From assembly GCA_030265395.1 (NCBI GenBank), contig JARFYF010000118.1, forward strand, positions 24,506,081-24,570,080: a DNA stretch of 64,000 bases. Reading direction: 5' to 3'. Below the pieces are notes generated by a model that searched no databases, was not told the DNA's origin, and was given only the letters and a program-made list of their open reading frames with translations. Shown one piece after another: positions 12,908-26,220 of this stretch (position 1 is the first letter of the stretch; each line of letters starts with the position of its first letter). The DNA is from Rhina ancylostomus (lineage: Eukaryota). The position numbers were made by a program, and so were the translations under genes.

Positions 12908-13479
12908 CTGTTGGAATTAAGTTCAAAAGCAGCTTCAGTGTAATCTTTCCTAATTCTGTTTTTTTGTTTAAACTTCAAAGAATGTAAAATTGATCACTGG
13001 AGTGGAAGGCTATTAGGCCTTAATTAAAGCAGCTCTTTTAAAACATTAACCAACATTAATAAATTCTGGTCTACCTCTAGGAACAAAACTAATGCTCTTT
13101 AGTAACTTACTCCAAAATGAGTTATCCTTTACAATAGCATTAGTCTTTGCACAAAAAATAAAGTTTTGCTTAAAAATAAAAAATAGATTAAGTCCAGTCA
13201 TTCTTCACATTTAAATGTGATGTAATTGTAAAACTATACAAAGGGAGAGGTAATTGTAGCTCAGTTTTAACCTAACACACTCTATGAAAATAGTGTTATT
13301 TTAGGTAAGCCCCAGATTTAATTTATACAAATAAAACGTATGAAATAAAGTATCATACCAATGTAAATTAATGTGCTAATTGATATTATATTCAGATTGT
13401 CATGGATTAAATAAAACATGAGGCTGTGTCAAATTATCTCAATCTAGAATTTTTTCAGCCTCTATAAAGACAAGATAAA

Positions 13480-13880
13480 GCAGCATCTCAGGAATGTGCA
13501 GAGCCGCAAAGCAAAAGGAGAGCAATGATCTCAGGGTGATGAGGGCCTGTGATTCAAAGTGAACCTGGGGGCAAGAGGGGTGGGCTAGGGAGGATNNNNN
13601 NNNNNNNNNNNNNNNNNNNNNNNNNNNNNNNNNNNNNNNNNNNNNNNNNNNNNNNNNNNNNNNNNNNNNNNNNNNNNNNNNNNNNNNNNNNNNNNTGGGC
13701 CTCCAGTCTAAGATAGAGGATACAAAGGGAATGGACAACAGTGAGGCCAAGGACAGATAACCCAAGTGGTGGTAGGGAACATGGACTAGACATAAGCCCA
13801 GTGTGGTTTGGAGCAAAGAGGCTCACATCCAGTTAGGATGGGGTTTATCAGTCATGCAATCATAGACCAAAAAATATTGC
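13480..13880 (-). mobile_element. Degenerate L2-like LINE fragment interrupted by gap 13596-13695
   Basis: Similar to 54690-54900 (aagcccagtg, ggatagga, ccatgg/catgg blocks). Family call is tentative. Confidence 0.35.
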
Positions 13881-14606
13881 TAGTTAATTGGGATGGTTGT
13901 GGGTAATGAAAGGCAGGAGCAAAATTATTACATGCATGACCGCAAGAAACTCTGTGCCTTGGATTCTATGTCAGTGAACCTTATAATGCTGATCTCCATT
14001 AAACTGGTGCCAAAACATGACTCAACTCTCTTGTTAAGGCCTGTTTCACTGAATGACAGGTTTATGAAACATGGGCATACAAATATATTTTGTGCAGGTG
14101 AGATCAAGGATGGCATTGCATGCTCCCTGACATAATTGTGCACATCCAGCCACCTCCACACATTTAGCAATCAGCTTTTGGATAAGTCATTCACATTAAT
14201 GTACTGCACAATGCAAAAGAATTTCAATCCCTTATCTGCATTAAAAAAGATTATATAGCAATTTATGATTTACAATGCTACACTACTCAGTAATTGGAGT
14301 AACTTTTGTCCTATGTACTCTTCACTGTAGTCTAATAATATTCTGGAATTATTCCATCAATGTGCACTTTGTGTGTATTTGGGAGGTCCTGTAAGCATTT
14401 CTGTGCTTGTTCAATTTAACAACATCATAAAAAGTATATTTATTTGTGACCTCTAGCACAAACTAAAGATAAGGAATTTTCCCCTTTAAAAATTTGCTAA
14501 ACAGTGAACATTGAAATTCAAACCATCTTTTTATGTTTAATCTTTTCTAAACCTTCAAGGTATTTCACTTGATTTACTCTTGGGAAAGTGCTGTGCATTT
14601 ACTTAC

Positions 14607-14798
14607 ATGCTGAAGACAGGTGTCTGTCATGAATTTTCAAGCAATTTTTATCTTCACTGCTCCACCGAATGGTCCAGTTGTCATCAGACTGCAAAGTATT
14701 CCCCATACTGTCCCCATTGGTACTATGTGACCGAATGGAAGGAACTAGTTGGAAAAGATTTTCCTGCTGGATGAAGCTTCGGGGAAAAGTCTTCCTCC
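14607..14798 (-). CDS. map3k22: Linker exon: (G)RKTFPRSFIQQENLFQLVPSIRSHSTNGDSMG...HDRHLSSA(S)
   Basis: tttctttttag-type acceptor and cat|gtaagt donor. 192 nt open frame. RKTFPR and NLFxLVPS.RS.STNG motifs as in MAP3K3. Confidence 0.9.
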
Positions 14799-15124
14799 CT
14801 AAAAGAAAAATGATAAATAAAACAAGAATTATACATTTGTGTACTCATATTTTCCACAGTGCACTGCAATAAGTAATTTCTTTTGAAGTACTGTTTACCT
14901 AGACAAATGATGAAGGCAACTCATTTACAAAAAAGCTCTCATGAAAGCAAGTGGGCTGCCCAGAACATTCAAGAGTTGGGACTAGGGAGTTAAATTAAAC
15001 AGCCCCAAAAAGTGAACACAGATAAAATGACCTGTAACTAAGCCACAACCTTTGCTTCCAGTACAGTGTTTAGGATGCCTTCAAATTCACTTGCTGCATG
15101 CAACCAAGACTAACCACTGAAAAT

Positions 15125-15265
15125 GAGAAACACAAAGGACTGCAGATGCTGGAATCTGGATGAAAAACCTGTCAGTCCCGATGAAGGGTTCTGGCCTGAA
15201 ACATTGACTGCCTGCTTTTCTCCATGGATGCTGAAGTTCCTCTAGCATCATTGTGTTTTTCATCT
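15125..15265 (+). mobile_element. Penelope terminal-repeat-derived short element with a hammerhead-like motif (15173-15210)
   Basis: actgcagatgctggaatctgga ... cagtc CCGATGA agg gttctgg cct GAAA CA TT gactg. Confidence 0.6.
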
Positions 15266-17131
15266 TTTTAACCACTGAAAATGGTTCAACGAAACTAGAT
15301 ACGCATTAATACCAGAACGAAAAGCTTCTTTTTGAGCTATTATTTGGAAGGTGGGCTGCCCAATGCCTGCCCACTTGTGCATTCTAGCTGTGGTCCTCTT
15401 CTTCTTACTTCTCTGTCATGCTTTGCATGCCCTCAACTCATTCTCTCTTAAGTCATGGTGCACTTAAAAGGGAATGCCTACAAAAGTACCCATAACTGGC
15501 AGCAAAAGATCTGAGCAAGAGCCTAGAAGTCTGCACAGAGCTTTTCAGCAATGGCCATCCTATAGATGTTAGCAACTTTAACAAACTTGAAAAAGTCTCA
15601 AACATTTGGAGAAACATAGCCACATTCAACTGATATCAAACAGCTATAAATGTTAAAGTAGTTGATGATGTTAAAGAAGTTGCCCTGATGAAGAGATACA
15701 GCAGGGAGTTATCTATCCTTTCACTGTGTGAAATTAAGGTAGGACATTAGCTGCAGTGCTAACTTCCAAATGGCAGTGTTGGTTTTAGGTTAGTATTGAA
15801 TACCCATTGATGTCATGATCAGCCATGTCTGCATATTCCTAAGAAGCATTAGGTAGTCATGCTTCAAATAAATATGTGTTCACCTGACACCAAATTTGAA
15901 CAAATTCTGCACCTGCATATGAAGCTGAATTTTATGCCTTAATACTCTTTGCTTTTGTCCCAGTAGCAGCATGGAATCGTTCATATGAACAGTTAAAATG
16001 GCGACATTTCTAACAATGGCTTTCTTCATCCCTATTGCATTGAAGCATCAACCAAGAATACGAGCTAAGTACAGATGTAGAACATGAAACCATAACTTCC
16101 TGTTTCAGCCACTAATCTAAATGGATTATATTTTTAATAATGAAGAATACTATTAATTTGCAATACCAAAGTTAAAAAACACATTTCTTCAGACATGGCT
16201 TTAGATTCATGAACATCTGGATTTGTCTGACAGTCTTTATATTAAAAAGTGATCCCTTCGTGGTTAGGTAGGTCTACAAATAAACATGGACTGGTGAGCA
16301 ATGGAAAATACAGAGGAGACAGAGGAAGAGTGTGGTCCAGAAACTTTTTATTATGTTCAAACAGATCCAGTTGTTCATTTGGCAAGTGCATGCCCCCTTC
16401 CTTATGGTTTGATTGCACATTTGGGCAAAGTTAGATGATCTTAGAAAAGGTGAGAATAGGAGAGTGATCAGGTGCCTTCCACACTTCTGGACTAGAAAGG
16501 TGGAAAGCAAAAACACGTAAATCCCATTCCAAAGTATTGTATATTCACTCCCTCTGGAAAGAATGCACATATAGTCATTGGGTGGATAGAGGATGTGCTC
16601 AAATTTGGACAGACTGCCAACACTCACTTTCTAAACTCTGACACAACGGGAAACATTTTATTTCTAGTGCTGATGACATTCTAATCTTCTTGCAACTCCA
16701 CTGAGCAAGAGCCAAGCGACCCAATAGCAGAAAAGATTTTTTTTAAATTCAGTATTTCTGAAATGTCATCATGCACTTTTGAACAATATGCCAGTTGCTT
16801 TTTTTTCCCCAAGTATTTTCCTACAATCAGCTGGAAGACGACCAAAACTGCAACAAAATTAAGACCTCTTTAAATGGAACAAGCTGCTGCCTCCTCATTC
16901 ATGGGTTATGGGACTTAAGCCAAATAATATGACCAAATTATTCTATGGATCATGATGGTTCCTGTGTTACTGTGATTTAGGAAATAGCTTCTATGGCAAG
17001 TAACCTAGCAGCAGGAATTTAAAGGTATCTTCCTCTATTACTTGGACATGGATGAGAAATTGTATACAACTGTCCTTCTGATGTCAATGCAAGAACATCC
17101 AAAATATCAAAAAATCTGTTTCTTAACTGAC

Positions 17132-17224
17132 CATCAATGTAGTCCTTGTGGTGGTTTGAAAATGGAAACTGTCGTGGGTACGTTCCACCTTTTCCTGCTC
17201 TTTCATAAGAGTGTTTAGCTTGAT
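17132..17224 (-). CDS. map3k22: Linker exon: (D)QAKHSYERAGKGGTYPRQFPFSNHHKDYID(G)
   Basis: ctttcag acceptor and atg|gtcagt donor. Carries the KGGTYPR...HHKDY.DG motif of MEKK2/3. Confidence 0.9.
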
Positions 17225-17389
17225 CTGAAAGAGAAAACCAAATTAAAATGAGCAATTATTGGGTAGCTTAAGAATCATGAAGAACCAGATAATGAAATCT
17301 ACCTACAATAGTGGCATGCACGATTTCTTAACATTTAATTTGGTTTATTTTAATACAATTATTGCTGCCACATGTCCATCTATTCCCCC

Positions 17390-19520
17390 AGCTAGTCATA
17401 TGTCCTATTGAAATATATCATTATCCACCTCACCTGTCATTACACTTCCACACTTTGTGCTATCTACAATTTTGAACGTCCCCTGTACACCTAAATCCAA
17501 GCAATAAATGTCAGAAAAAGCAATGAATCCTTCCCTCATCCCTGGGTAACATCACTTTCTATCTTGTTCCAGTCCAAAAAAATGATTCACCACAACTGTC
17601 TAACAGCTAAAACAGTATGCTGTCGCTACCCTGTTTGCTTCACAGATTCAACTTCGCTAGGAGGCCTATATTTAAGCCTTTATTAAATGTCTTATGAAAC
17701 CTCACATATCATTTACTATTTTGGCCTTATTAACCATCTGTGTTATCTCAACAAATGAGTTAAAATATGACATACCTAAATTATGTGCTGGCTTCCATTG
17801 ATTAATCTAAGCCCCTTCAAAATTAAACTGACTGATTTGTATTTGCTGTTTTTTTTCCTTTATCCTTTATCCAATAACTATGTGACATCTAAAACCTGTC
17901 AGTCCTTTTGACCCCACCTTAAAGATAACCAGAAAATTATGTCTTCTATGTCTGCCTTTTTCATCCATTAACAACCTAGAATGAAACATGCATCACCAAT
18001 GGGCCTGGTGACTTATCTGTTTTAAGTATTGTGAGACTTTTTAGTACATCCCCTGTATTTTGAGCCTGTCCAGGATGGCGAGGTTCTCTTTTATTTGATC
18101 AAGGCAGCAGGATCTTTCTTGGTGAAAACACACATACTCCTTTAATACCTCAGCATGCCATCTGTAATCATGAGCATACGTTCCTTTTTACTTCTAATAT
18201 CCTCACCCAAACTCTTATTAATTATTTATATGTCTATAGAAGACTCTTGAGCTCCCGTTCATGTTACCTGCAGGTCCGCATATTCGCCCTTTGCACTTAT
18301 TTCCTTCTTCAGTTCCCTCTCAGTTTTCTACATTCAACTTCTCATTTATACTAACAACCTAACATCTGTCATATACACTCTATTTCTGCTTTATCGTAAG
18401 TTCCATTTCCTTCATCATACAGGGAGCTCTGGCTTTGCTTGTCCTACCATTTCCACTAGAATGAATGCATAAACTGCTTTAAAACCACCACTGCTTTTCC
18501 TTGCACAATCTCAGTTTTGCCTGGCAACCTTTGATCAATTCACTTGGACCAGGTTCATCCACTGGTTGTGACCCTCCTCTAACTTTCACTCTGGCTTGCT
18601 GTTAATCCTTTTCCATAACTCATCTACAACTTATGATGCTTCCAGGACAAGAATCTATTAATCAAGAAAGTTCTTCTGAATACAGTTGAGAAATTCTACT
18701 CCTATGCTCTTAATATCCAAGTCAATATTGGGATAATATATGTTCCCCATTATTATCACTCTTTGGTTTGTACATCTCCCTATGATTTTCCTACAAATAT
18801 GCTCATCTACATTTTTTCCCACTGAATGACGGTCCATAGAATCAGTGGTGTGATAGGACCTATGTTAACTCTGACCAAACAAATTCTGTCATTGATCTTT
18901 TCAGGATACCCTCTCTCTCTGGTGCTGCAATATTCTTCTTCAACAATACTGCCATCACCTTCCTTTCTTTTCTTTAGTATCTTTCCTGAACCACTAAGAC
19001 ACTGACAAAAGCACCAAATGTTCTATATATTAAATCAGCACATTGTAGCCTGCACCCCAAAATTGACTCCATGAATGGAATGAACTTTGTCTGTATAACA
19101 TACTGGAACTACTACATATCGCTAACAAAAGGAGGTGAATTTCTAGCCAGGGCATCAGGAATATTCAGATACATAATGTTTTTGTACCAAATACTGGCCT
19201 GTTTGAGTCAGATCTTTATTGTCAGAACATCATTATCCATCAGTTATTTGTGCCTCTGGCTCACTTACCTTATTCATCACACTCTGTAGGTTTGCAACAT
19301 ACACCGTAAAGGTCTACTAGACCCTTTTACGTTTCCACTTGGTCTGTTCCCATACAAGTGCTCACTTCTCTCCCAACCATTTGTTCACATTGCTTTCCTA
19401 TTTTATCCAATTCCAATCCCACGGCCAAATTAGTTTAAACCCTTCCCAATGCATTAGCAAACCTCCCATTAATGATACTGAGTCTGGCTGTGTTGAGATG
19501 CAAGCCAGCTGGCTCATGAC
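17390..19520 (-). mobile_element. Old, highly degenerate CR1 LINE (endonuclease to RT region)
   Basis: Remnants of an endonuclease IIMG motif (gttccccattattatcac at about 18745), a PGP motif (gggcctggtgac) and RT-region blocks. Confidence 0.5.
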
Positions 19521-19771
19521 ATATTCATTTTTACGATTTTCCCCTTTTCTATAATCACTAAAACAAAGCAGTGGTGTTAATCAAGAGATTAGATGAGGTT
19601 CTGCTTTTTAATCTCTCTGAATTGGTCCCTGGATGCCTCTGGATCACTAGTCACAACAAAACATGGGGTTGGGACTGGTGGTCCCTCTATTGTTAGTGTG
19701 AGGGTATTGGTGTGAAAGTACTGTGTGATTTGGNNNNNNNNNNNNNNNNNNNNNNNNNNNNNNNNNNNNNN

Positions 19772-20320
19772 GTGTGAAAGATAAAGAGTAATGGAAGGAG
19801 GAAGAGCAGTGGTATGGTGTATATGGGATGGGGGCTAGTATACAGGGGGCTGGAAGATGGAGATCAACATCTGGTATGTGGGGAATAGAGTGTGATGGGT
19901 CTATGAGTCTGGAGTTTGGTATGGCACAATGTGGGATAGGAAGGAGGTGAAGGGTGGTGTGCGGGTTTGAGGTTGTAGTGTGTTGTGTGCAGGATAGGGA
20001 TGGAAAATGAGGGGAGAAGGTAGCGGGTAATAGATTGTGGAGGTGTGGTGTTTTCTGTTGATGTATTTGATGAATGGCTGTTGATGTGAGAATGCTGCAT
20101 TGTGTGGAGAATGGGGAAGTTGTGGTGTGTGTGGACTGAGGAGTGGTATGTGCCCAGGACGGATGCTGGTGTAGAAGTTATATGTGGAGAGAGGGTAGTA
20201 GAAAGTGGTACGTATGTAAGTGCACAGTGTGCGTGAACGTGTTTGTTTGTAGGCAAGGGTAGGTGTGTGTGAGAGCAGGTTTGTGTCTGTGTTGCAGGGG
20301 AGCAGGGAAGTGATTTCTAG
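19772..20320. repeat. G/T-rich low-complexity tract next to a gap
   Basis: Strong G+T skew with gtgtg/ggag motifs. It produces spurious His/Pro/Thr-rich minus-strand ORFs. Confidence 0.7.
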
Positions 20321-20994
20321 GTAACATGTAGCAGGTGCTGTTATCAAAATCCAGGAAACATAAAAGTGAAAAGATCTTTAATTATAGGATAACAGGAGAG
20401 CAAAATAAGGTGTGATAAATCAGAAGAATGCAGGCCATCTGAAGAAATAGGAAATAAGAATCAGAAAAATCTTGGAAGTCTCAGACTTGTAAAGCTCCAG
20501 TGTATCATTCGCCTCCAAGCAGTTAGGCTCCCGTGGTTAATATCTGATGTCAAGGCAGCCAGATAGACAAGACTGACAAGACGATTGAATTAGTTCGTCA
20601 GAGTAATATTATCAGCTGTTATGTGTTTCTTTCCCACAGAGCAGCAACTGCTCCAAAAGTACCTAACATTTATACACACTCAAAAAGAATCAGCATTGAA
20701 GCCAGAAAATTACTTCCATTGTCTAACAATTCTCAAAAGCTGTTAGTGCACACTTCAAAGCAACATAGGCAATCACGAATTTAAAAGTAGCTGTGGATTG
20801 GAATCATGTGGTAGCGACACTATCTAGAGGAAGGAAGTTCCCTTTCCCTGATGAAAGTCAGTAGTTAAACTGCTGTTCTGTGTTTGCAATCCAGCAGCTT
20901 TCACTTTTTTTCTGCTGCTATCTAATTACTACATTTACTGAATTCAGTTTCATAACTTTCCACTGTGAAGTTTGAACCGGGATTGATAATTTTT

Positions 20995-21290
20995 GTTTTA
21001 TTTATTTCAAAATAAACTTTGTTCGTAATGATATATACAATCAATACACATCTTTCTCTACATTCATTGTACCATCAAATCAATACATTCTTCTACAATG
21101 CACCAATTCCATTCGTGTTTCCATCTTGGACAGTACGCCCACAAAGTGTCTGAGATACTTTTACACCAGACCCAGGCCCTCAGTGTCAAGTGGCACCAGG
21201 ACCCTAGAGCATGGTCCTACCCCACAGAGCAAACCTAGTGGCTGCACTGAGCTTCAGTGCATACTGCACTCCTGCAGCACCCACAACTCC
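20995..21290 (-). mobile_element. Tx1/L1-clade LINE 3' end
   Basis: Minus strand encodes ALKLSAATRFALWGRTML* followed by an A-rich tail. Same family as 46470-47045. Confidence 0.6.
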
Positions 21291-21778
21291 TTAAACTGGA
21301 AGACCAACATGATTTGGGCTAGGTATCAAACAAATAATTCATGCTTTACTGATGAAAGGAAGTGCGTTTATAAACTTCTTACCAAATCTATTGACTAAAT
21401 GTGTGTTTTGGTTCCACACTCTTCATTCCAATGATGTCTTTTCTGACCTCTTCCAACCACTACCACAGGAGATCTAACGACACACACTTAAAAATCTTCA
21501 TTGCGACATGTCAACATACCCGTACAAGCCAAATATTTTATCTTGGCTTCTCTGGATCAGCAGTTTGAAATCTACAAGCTTTGGCCTCCAGTTAGCAGTA
21601 TTCAACCACAAATACTTGATTTACACAGGAAACATGGGAGCATGTGGAATTAAAGGGCAATAATCAGTTCAACAATGTACATGTACTCTGAGCCCAAGTT
21701 TAGGGATTGAGAGATCTATTAATAACTAAAGAATGTTTCTGAGCACAATGTGCAAGAAACAAGAAAACAACTGGGAAT

Positions 21779-22105
21779 GGGTTGCACAGTGGCACAGAAA
21801 ATAGAGTCGCTACCTCACAGCTTCAGCAACTCAGGTTCAATCCTGAACTGCAGTGCTGTCTGTGTGGAGTTTGCAGGTTGTGCCAGTGACTGTGTGGGTT
21901 GTCCGGTTTCCTCCCAAATTGCAAAGATGGGCAGGTTGGGATATTAACTGGCCACAGCAGGCTGCCCAGAGAGTGTAAGTGAGTGGCAAAATCTGGAGGG
22001 GAGTTCATGGGAACATGGGGAGAATAAAATAGGATTACTTTTGTGTAAGATTCGTGTAAATGGGTCCTTGATGATTGGTAGGCCAAAGGGACTCTTTCCA
22101 CGGTG
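21779..22105 (+). mobile_element. V-SINE (HE1-like tRNA-derived SINE)
   Basis: A box cacagtggcacag, B box ggttcaatcc, and V-domain-like tctgtgtggagtttgca...ccggtttcctccca. Confidence 0.75.
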
Positions 22106-22124
22106 TCTAACGGTACAATCTACC

Positions 22125-22310
22125 AGAGAAAGTAGTTGAGGCAAGTACAATAGCAACATTTAACAGACATTTGGATAAGTATATGGAGAGGAAAGGTTTA
22201 GAGGGATATTGGTCGAAACGCAGGTAAATGGGACTAGCTTAGTCAGGCACCTTAGTCAGCATGGATGAATTGGGTGGTAGGGGCTATTTCCATTCTGTAT
22301 AACTCCATAT
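22125..22310 (+). mobile_element. CR1 LINE 3' terminal fragment
   Basis: acatttaacagacatttggataagtatatgg...ttgggtggtaggggctatttccattctgtataactc, a typical CR1 3'UTR. Confidence 0.7.
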
Positions 22311-23324
22311 CTATATCTAATCAACGTGGAAAGACATTTGAAAGCTCTGTGTATGTGCACAATGGAGAGGCGGTAACACAAACTAAGGTTTCTTTTCCAA
22401 GACAATCTAAGTTAAGATACAATGTGGGGAAGGAAATACTTTCTCATGGATTAATATCTGTTGGACATGGTCACTTCACACAGCCCATTTGTGAAAAGGC
22501 AGGAGAGATAGCATGAGCAGGATTGGGGATGCCATGATCCATTCTCTGTTCCATTCGCTCTCAAGTTCCTCTGGTTCTCAGTTAAAATCATGACTTTGAT
22601 AAGACACTGAATGGAACAAAAATGACATTTCTTACAGAATGGTTTGAGTTGCAAATCTCACATCATGACAGCATTCTTTGATGCTGCTGGCTACAGAACT
22701 TAGCTTTAACAGCCAGCATGCCTAGATGTGGGGTTGCACCAATTGACAAAGGCATTCAGGGCAGAGCTAGTCATTTGTGACAGGTCCAGTGCGGCCTTGT
22801 TGAACCAAACCAATTAGCTAGGATCTGGCTTCCCATCAGAAGACTATGCCCAGGAGAAGTTGTGGACATACAAGAACGTAATTCAGCATAGATCATTCAC
22901 ACATATAAAAGGAGGAACATTAATATGGACAACATAATACTTTATTAAAATGTCATTAAAGGAAAGTCCAGTAATACAGCAGTAGGCAATATATTTACAA
23001 TTATCTTAGTTACAACAGCAAATGACATCAGCTTTTGGCTTTTATATACGTTTGTTAATTGGGCCATGTTGCAGTTATTGCCAAAATATGGATTGTCTGG
23101 GAGGGAGCTCATGATCTGCATCATGCAGAGAAAAACATACAAGGTCCACTAATATAAAGGTTAAGATACATCTGTTTAGATTCATGAATCTTGGAAGCAT
23201 CTGTGGGATTTTCCAGCTGGCTAAAATGTTTAGATATCAAAATTAACAGCTGGTCTGTAATTGGCCAAAGAACTCAAATGTTCTTCTATCAAATGTTTAA
23301 GCTGCATAGATTATGAGGTTTGTA

Positions 23325-24045
23325 CATCCATAGAGCTATACAACACAGAATCAGGCCTTCAGTCCAACTTGTCAATGCCAACCAACAGTTATGCCATTTG
23401 TCTGCATTTGGCCACTTCCCCCTTTCCTATCCATGTACCTGTCCAAATGCCTTTTAATGTTATAATTGTACCTGCCTCTACGGCCTTCTCTGGCAACTTG
23501 TTCCATACACCCACTGTCCTCTGTGTGAAAAATTTGTTCCTCAGATCCCCTTTTAATCTTTTCCCTTTCACTTGCCCTCCAGTTTTAGACTCTCCTAATT
23601 TCGGAAAAAGTCTGTGACTACCTACCCTATCTATGCCCTTCATAATTTTATAAATCTCTGGACAGTTCCCACTTAGCTTCTTTCAATGCAGGGAAAACAT
23701 TCCTAGCTTATCCAATCTCTCCTTATATCTCAAGCCCTTCAGTCCAGGCAATATGTTTATGAATCTTTTCTGCACCCCCTCTAGCTTAAACACATCCTTC
23801 CGATAGCATGGCAACCAGAATGACACACAACACTCCAAGTACAGCCTAACTATTGAGTTCTGAAAGTGTAACACCATGTCTCAACTCCTCTACTCAATGC
23901 TTTGGCTGAAGAAGGCAAGCATACTATATGTCTTCTTCAACACTCTACCTATGTTGCCACATTTAGGGAACAATGTACTTGTACCCCAAGGTCTTGCTGT
24001 TCAATACACTCTTCAGGGCCCTAACATTCACTGTGTATGTCTTGG
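23325..24045 (-). mobile_element. 5'-truncated CR1 LINE (ORF2 C-terminus and 3'UTR)
   Basis: ORFs contain LECCVSFWLPCYRKDVFKLEGVQKRF and RNKFFTQRTVGVWNKLP. Confidence 0.85.
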
Positions 24046-24499
24046 ATCATGGGTAAATGTTCTCATTGTTGGCTCTTCTGATTACTTACCATTAATAATA
24101 TGTACAAGTAGCAGTCCACACAAACTTGAAACCAGTTTGTAAACAGTATGATCCTACTTACACAAGATTAAACAAAACCAGATGAAGTAATAGAAGACAA
24201 AAATTCCAAACTTTTTGAATAATCCTGACAGCACTGATTTGTTTTCTCAATTCAAGATTATGTATCAAAGAAAAAATATTTGGCAGCAATGAACTTGCAA
24301 ATAGGTATGTTGCCTTCGACTGCTGTTTGGACTACAATGCCAGCAGAGTGAAGGATCAGAACTTTTTTCCCCACGTTTGAGATGCTGTGTGTAAATGGTT
24401 GTGATTTTATTCAACAGAACACCTACTGTTGTGAGGATCTGACCTGTATACAGAAAGTCCCAAGCTGATTTAATACTGGGCAATTACATGCTTTCCTCA

Positions 24500-24860
24500 G
24501 TACGTTGACAGAACTAAGCCTGTTGTAATTGTTATCCCTCCTTCATCCCAGCAAACATGGCAAGTCCTTGCTGGGATATGGGTTCTCAGACACTAAAACC
24601 TCGCTCATATGTTACTCAGTAATTTTCTGGAGATATATAATTGGTTGTCACAGTGTGAACTCAGGATGAAGCCAAAGTGAATGTTCCACTCTGCACTTCT
24701 GGCTGAAGGTAGTTGCAAATCCATCAGCATGTCTGCACTGATGTTCTGGTCTCTGTCACCATTGAGGACAAAGATGTTCACTGAGACTCCTCAATCCTTT
24801 AGTTGTCCAAGACAAACTGAGCCTCTAGCAATTTTTAGCAATCTTCCATCCAGATTTAGT
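24500..24860 (-). mobile_element. Degenerate CR1/L2-clade LINE (second family) internal fragment
   Basis: Reverse strand resembles the region upstream of 62560 in this family (atcctcaatggtg..agaccag..catcagtgca). Confidence 0.4.
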
Positions 24861-25155
24861 CCCATTATTCTAGCTCCACTCTTATTGTTTTCTCTCAGTT
24901 GACACCCAATAAATCATTTTCTATAACCATGCAATAATATCAGATGCAAATGAAGGAGATCCTTCAATTGATCTGACAATTTTTTTGACACAAATGTATG
25001 GTCCCATTAGCTAGGCATCTTTGTTTGACACCAGAGTTTTTGCCACACCGAACATACCTGAAGATCAGCTGCTGATCATTTGCTTTCTAACGTTAATCCC
25101 GAACCTTCCATTCACAGTTCAGAACATTTACAGGTGATTTGTATGAAATTCCTAC

Positions 25156-25217
25156 CTTTAAAGTTGAAGCATTCATCAGGATAACTCCTTGCAAGTCCAG
25201 ACTGGCTGAAAGATGGA
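25156..25217 (-). CDS. map3k22: Linker exon: (S)PSFSQSGLARSYPDECFNFK(D)
   Basis: atcatag acceptor and aag|gtagga donor. Phase 2 to 1 fits both neighbours. Resembles SPSFRKSRMSRAQSFPD of MAP3K3. Confidence 0.8.
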
Positions 25218-25399
25218 CTATGATTTGAGAAAATAAAGAACAAACAAAGACTTTAAAAACCAGTAGATGACTTAAGTACTTCAAATTCTTTAGTACTTCT
25301 ATAAATAGAACTAAATGATTTTTGTATTTGATTATTTAGAATCTTTAGTAAAATTTTCTCTGGTTACTGTGCATATAAATAATAATCTCTTTTGTGGCA

Positions 25400-26220
25400 C
25401 CTTATCAATGCCCTAATGAAAGTCCAAATGCACAACAAAAACAGGGTTGTCATTCTCTGCCTGACTTGTCACAATCTCAGTAAGTTTGAACAGATTTACG
25501 AAACATGATTTTCCTTTTATAAATCCCTGTTTAACTCAGTCCAATCTTATTATTAGTTTTCAAGAGCCCTATCACTACTTACTCAATATATCATTCTAGC
25601 GTTTTCCCTGCTTTTGATGTCAAGCCTACTGGTCTATATTTACCTGTCTCCTCTCTTAAATAGTGCTTAGATTCTCCAACTTCTAGTCCATAGTAACTAT
25701 TCATGAATCTATGTAACTTTGGAAGATGACAACCAGCACATCCACTTTCTCTATGGCCAGTTCCTGTAGAATTTAAGGATTTAGGTCATCATGCCCTGTG
25801 AATTTATTGCCTTTCAGTCCCATTACTCTCTCCAGTACTAGTTATTTACTATTGTTAATTTCTTTGTGATCCTCATTCTGTCTAGACCTCTATTCCTCCA
25901 GTATTTTCAGGAGACTTTATCTTCTTCTGTGAAAGTAGACATAAAATATTTAATTTCTCTGCTCATTTCTTATTCCTTAGTACATTTTCTCCTGTCTCAG
26001 TTTGTAAGGGGATCACATTAACTTAAGCTAAGCTTTTCCTTTCGACACTTCTAGAATAACTCCTACAATCTGTTTATATATTTCACACTAGCCTATTCTT
26101 GAATTCTAGTTTCCCTTTCCTTATCATTGCCTTCGCTCTCCTCTCAGAATTCTGAAATTACACAATCCTTGGGCTTATGCCTTTTTTTTGCCAATGTTAC
26201 AAATCTATTTCCAACTTCTC
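25400..26220 (-). mobile_element. Degenerate CR1 RT fragment
   Basis: aaacatgattttccttttataaatccctgtt is the reverse of a QHGFxKGKSC-like motif; ggtctata matches the YRP motif. Confidence 0.6.

Noticed and set aside
19864-20347. 130-148 aa His/Pro/Thr-rich ORFs
   Set aside because: They are by-products of the G/T low-complexity tract and show no domain or splice support.
21779-21850. tRNA-like A and B boxes
   Set aside because: They are the head of a V-SINE and do not form a complete cloverleaf, so this is not a tRNA gene.
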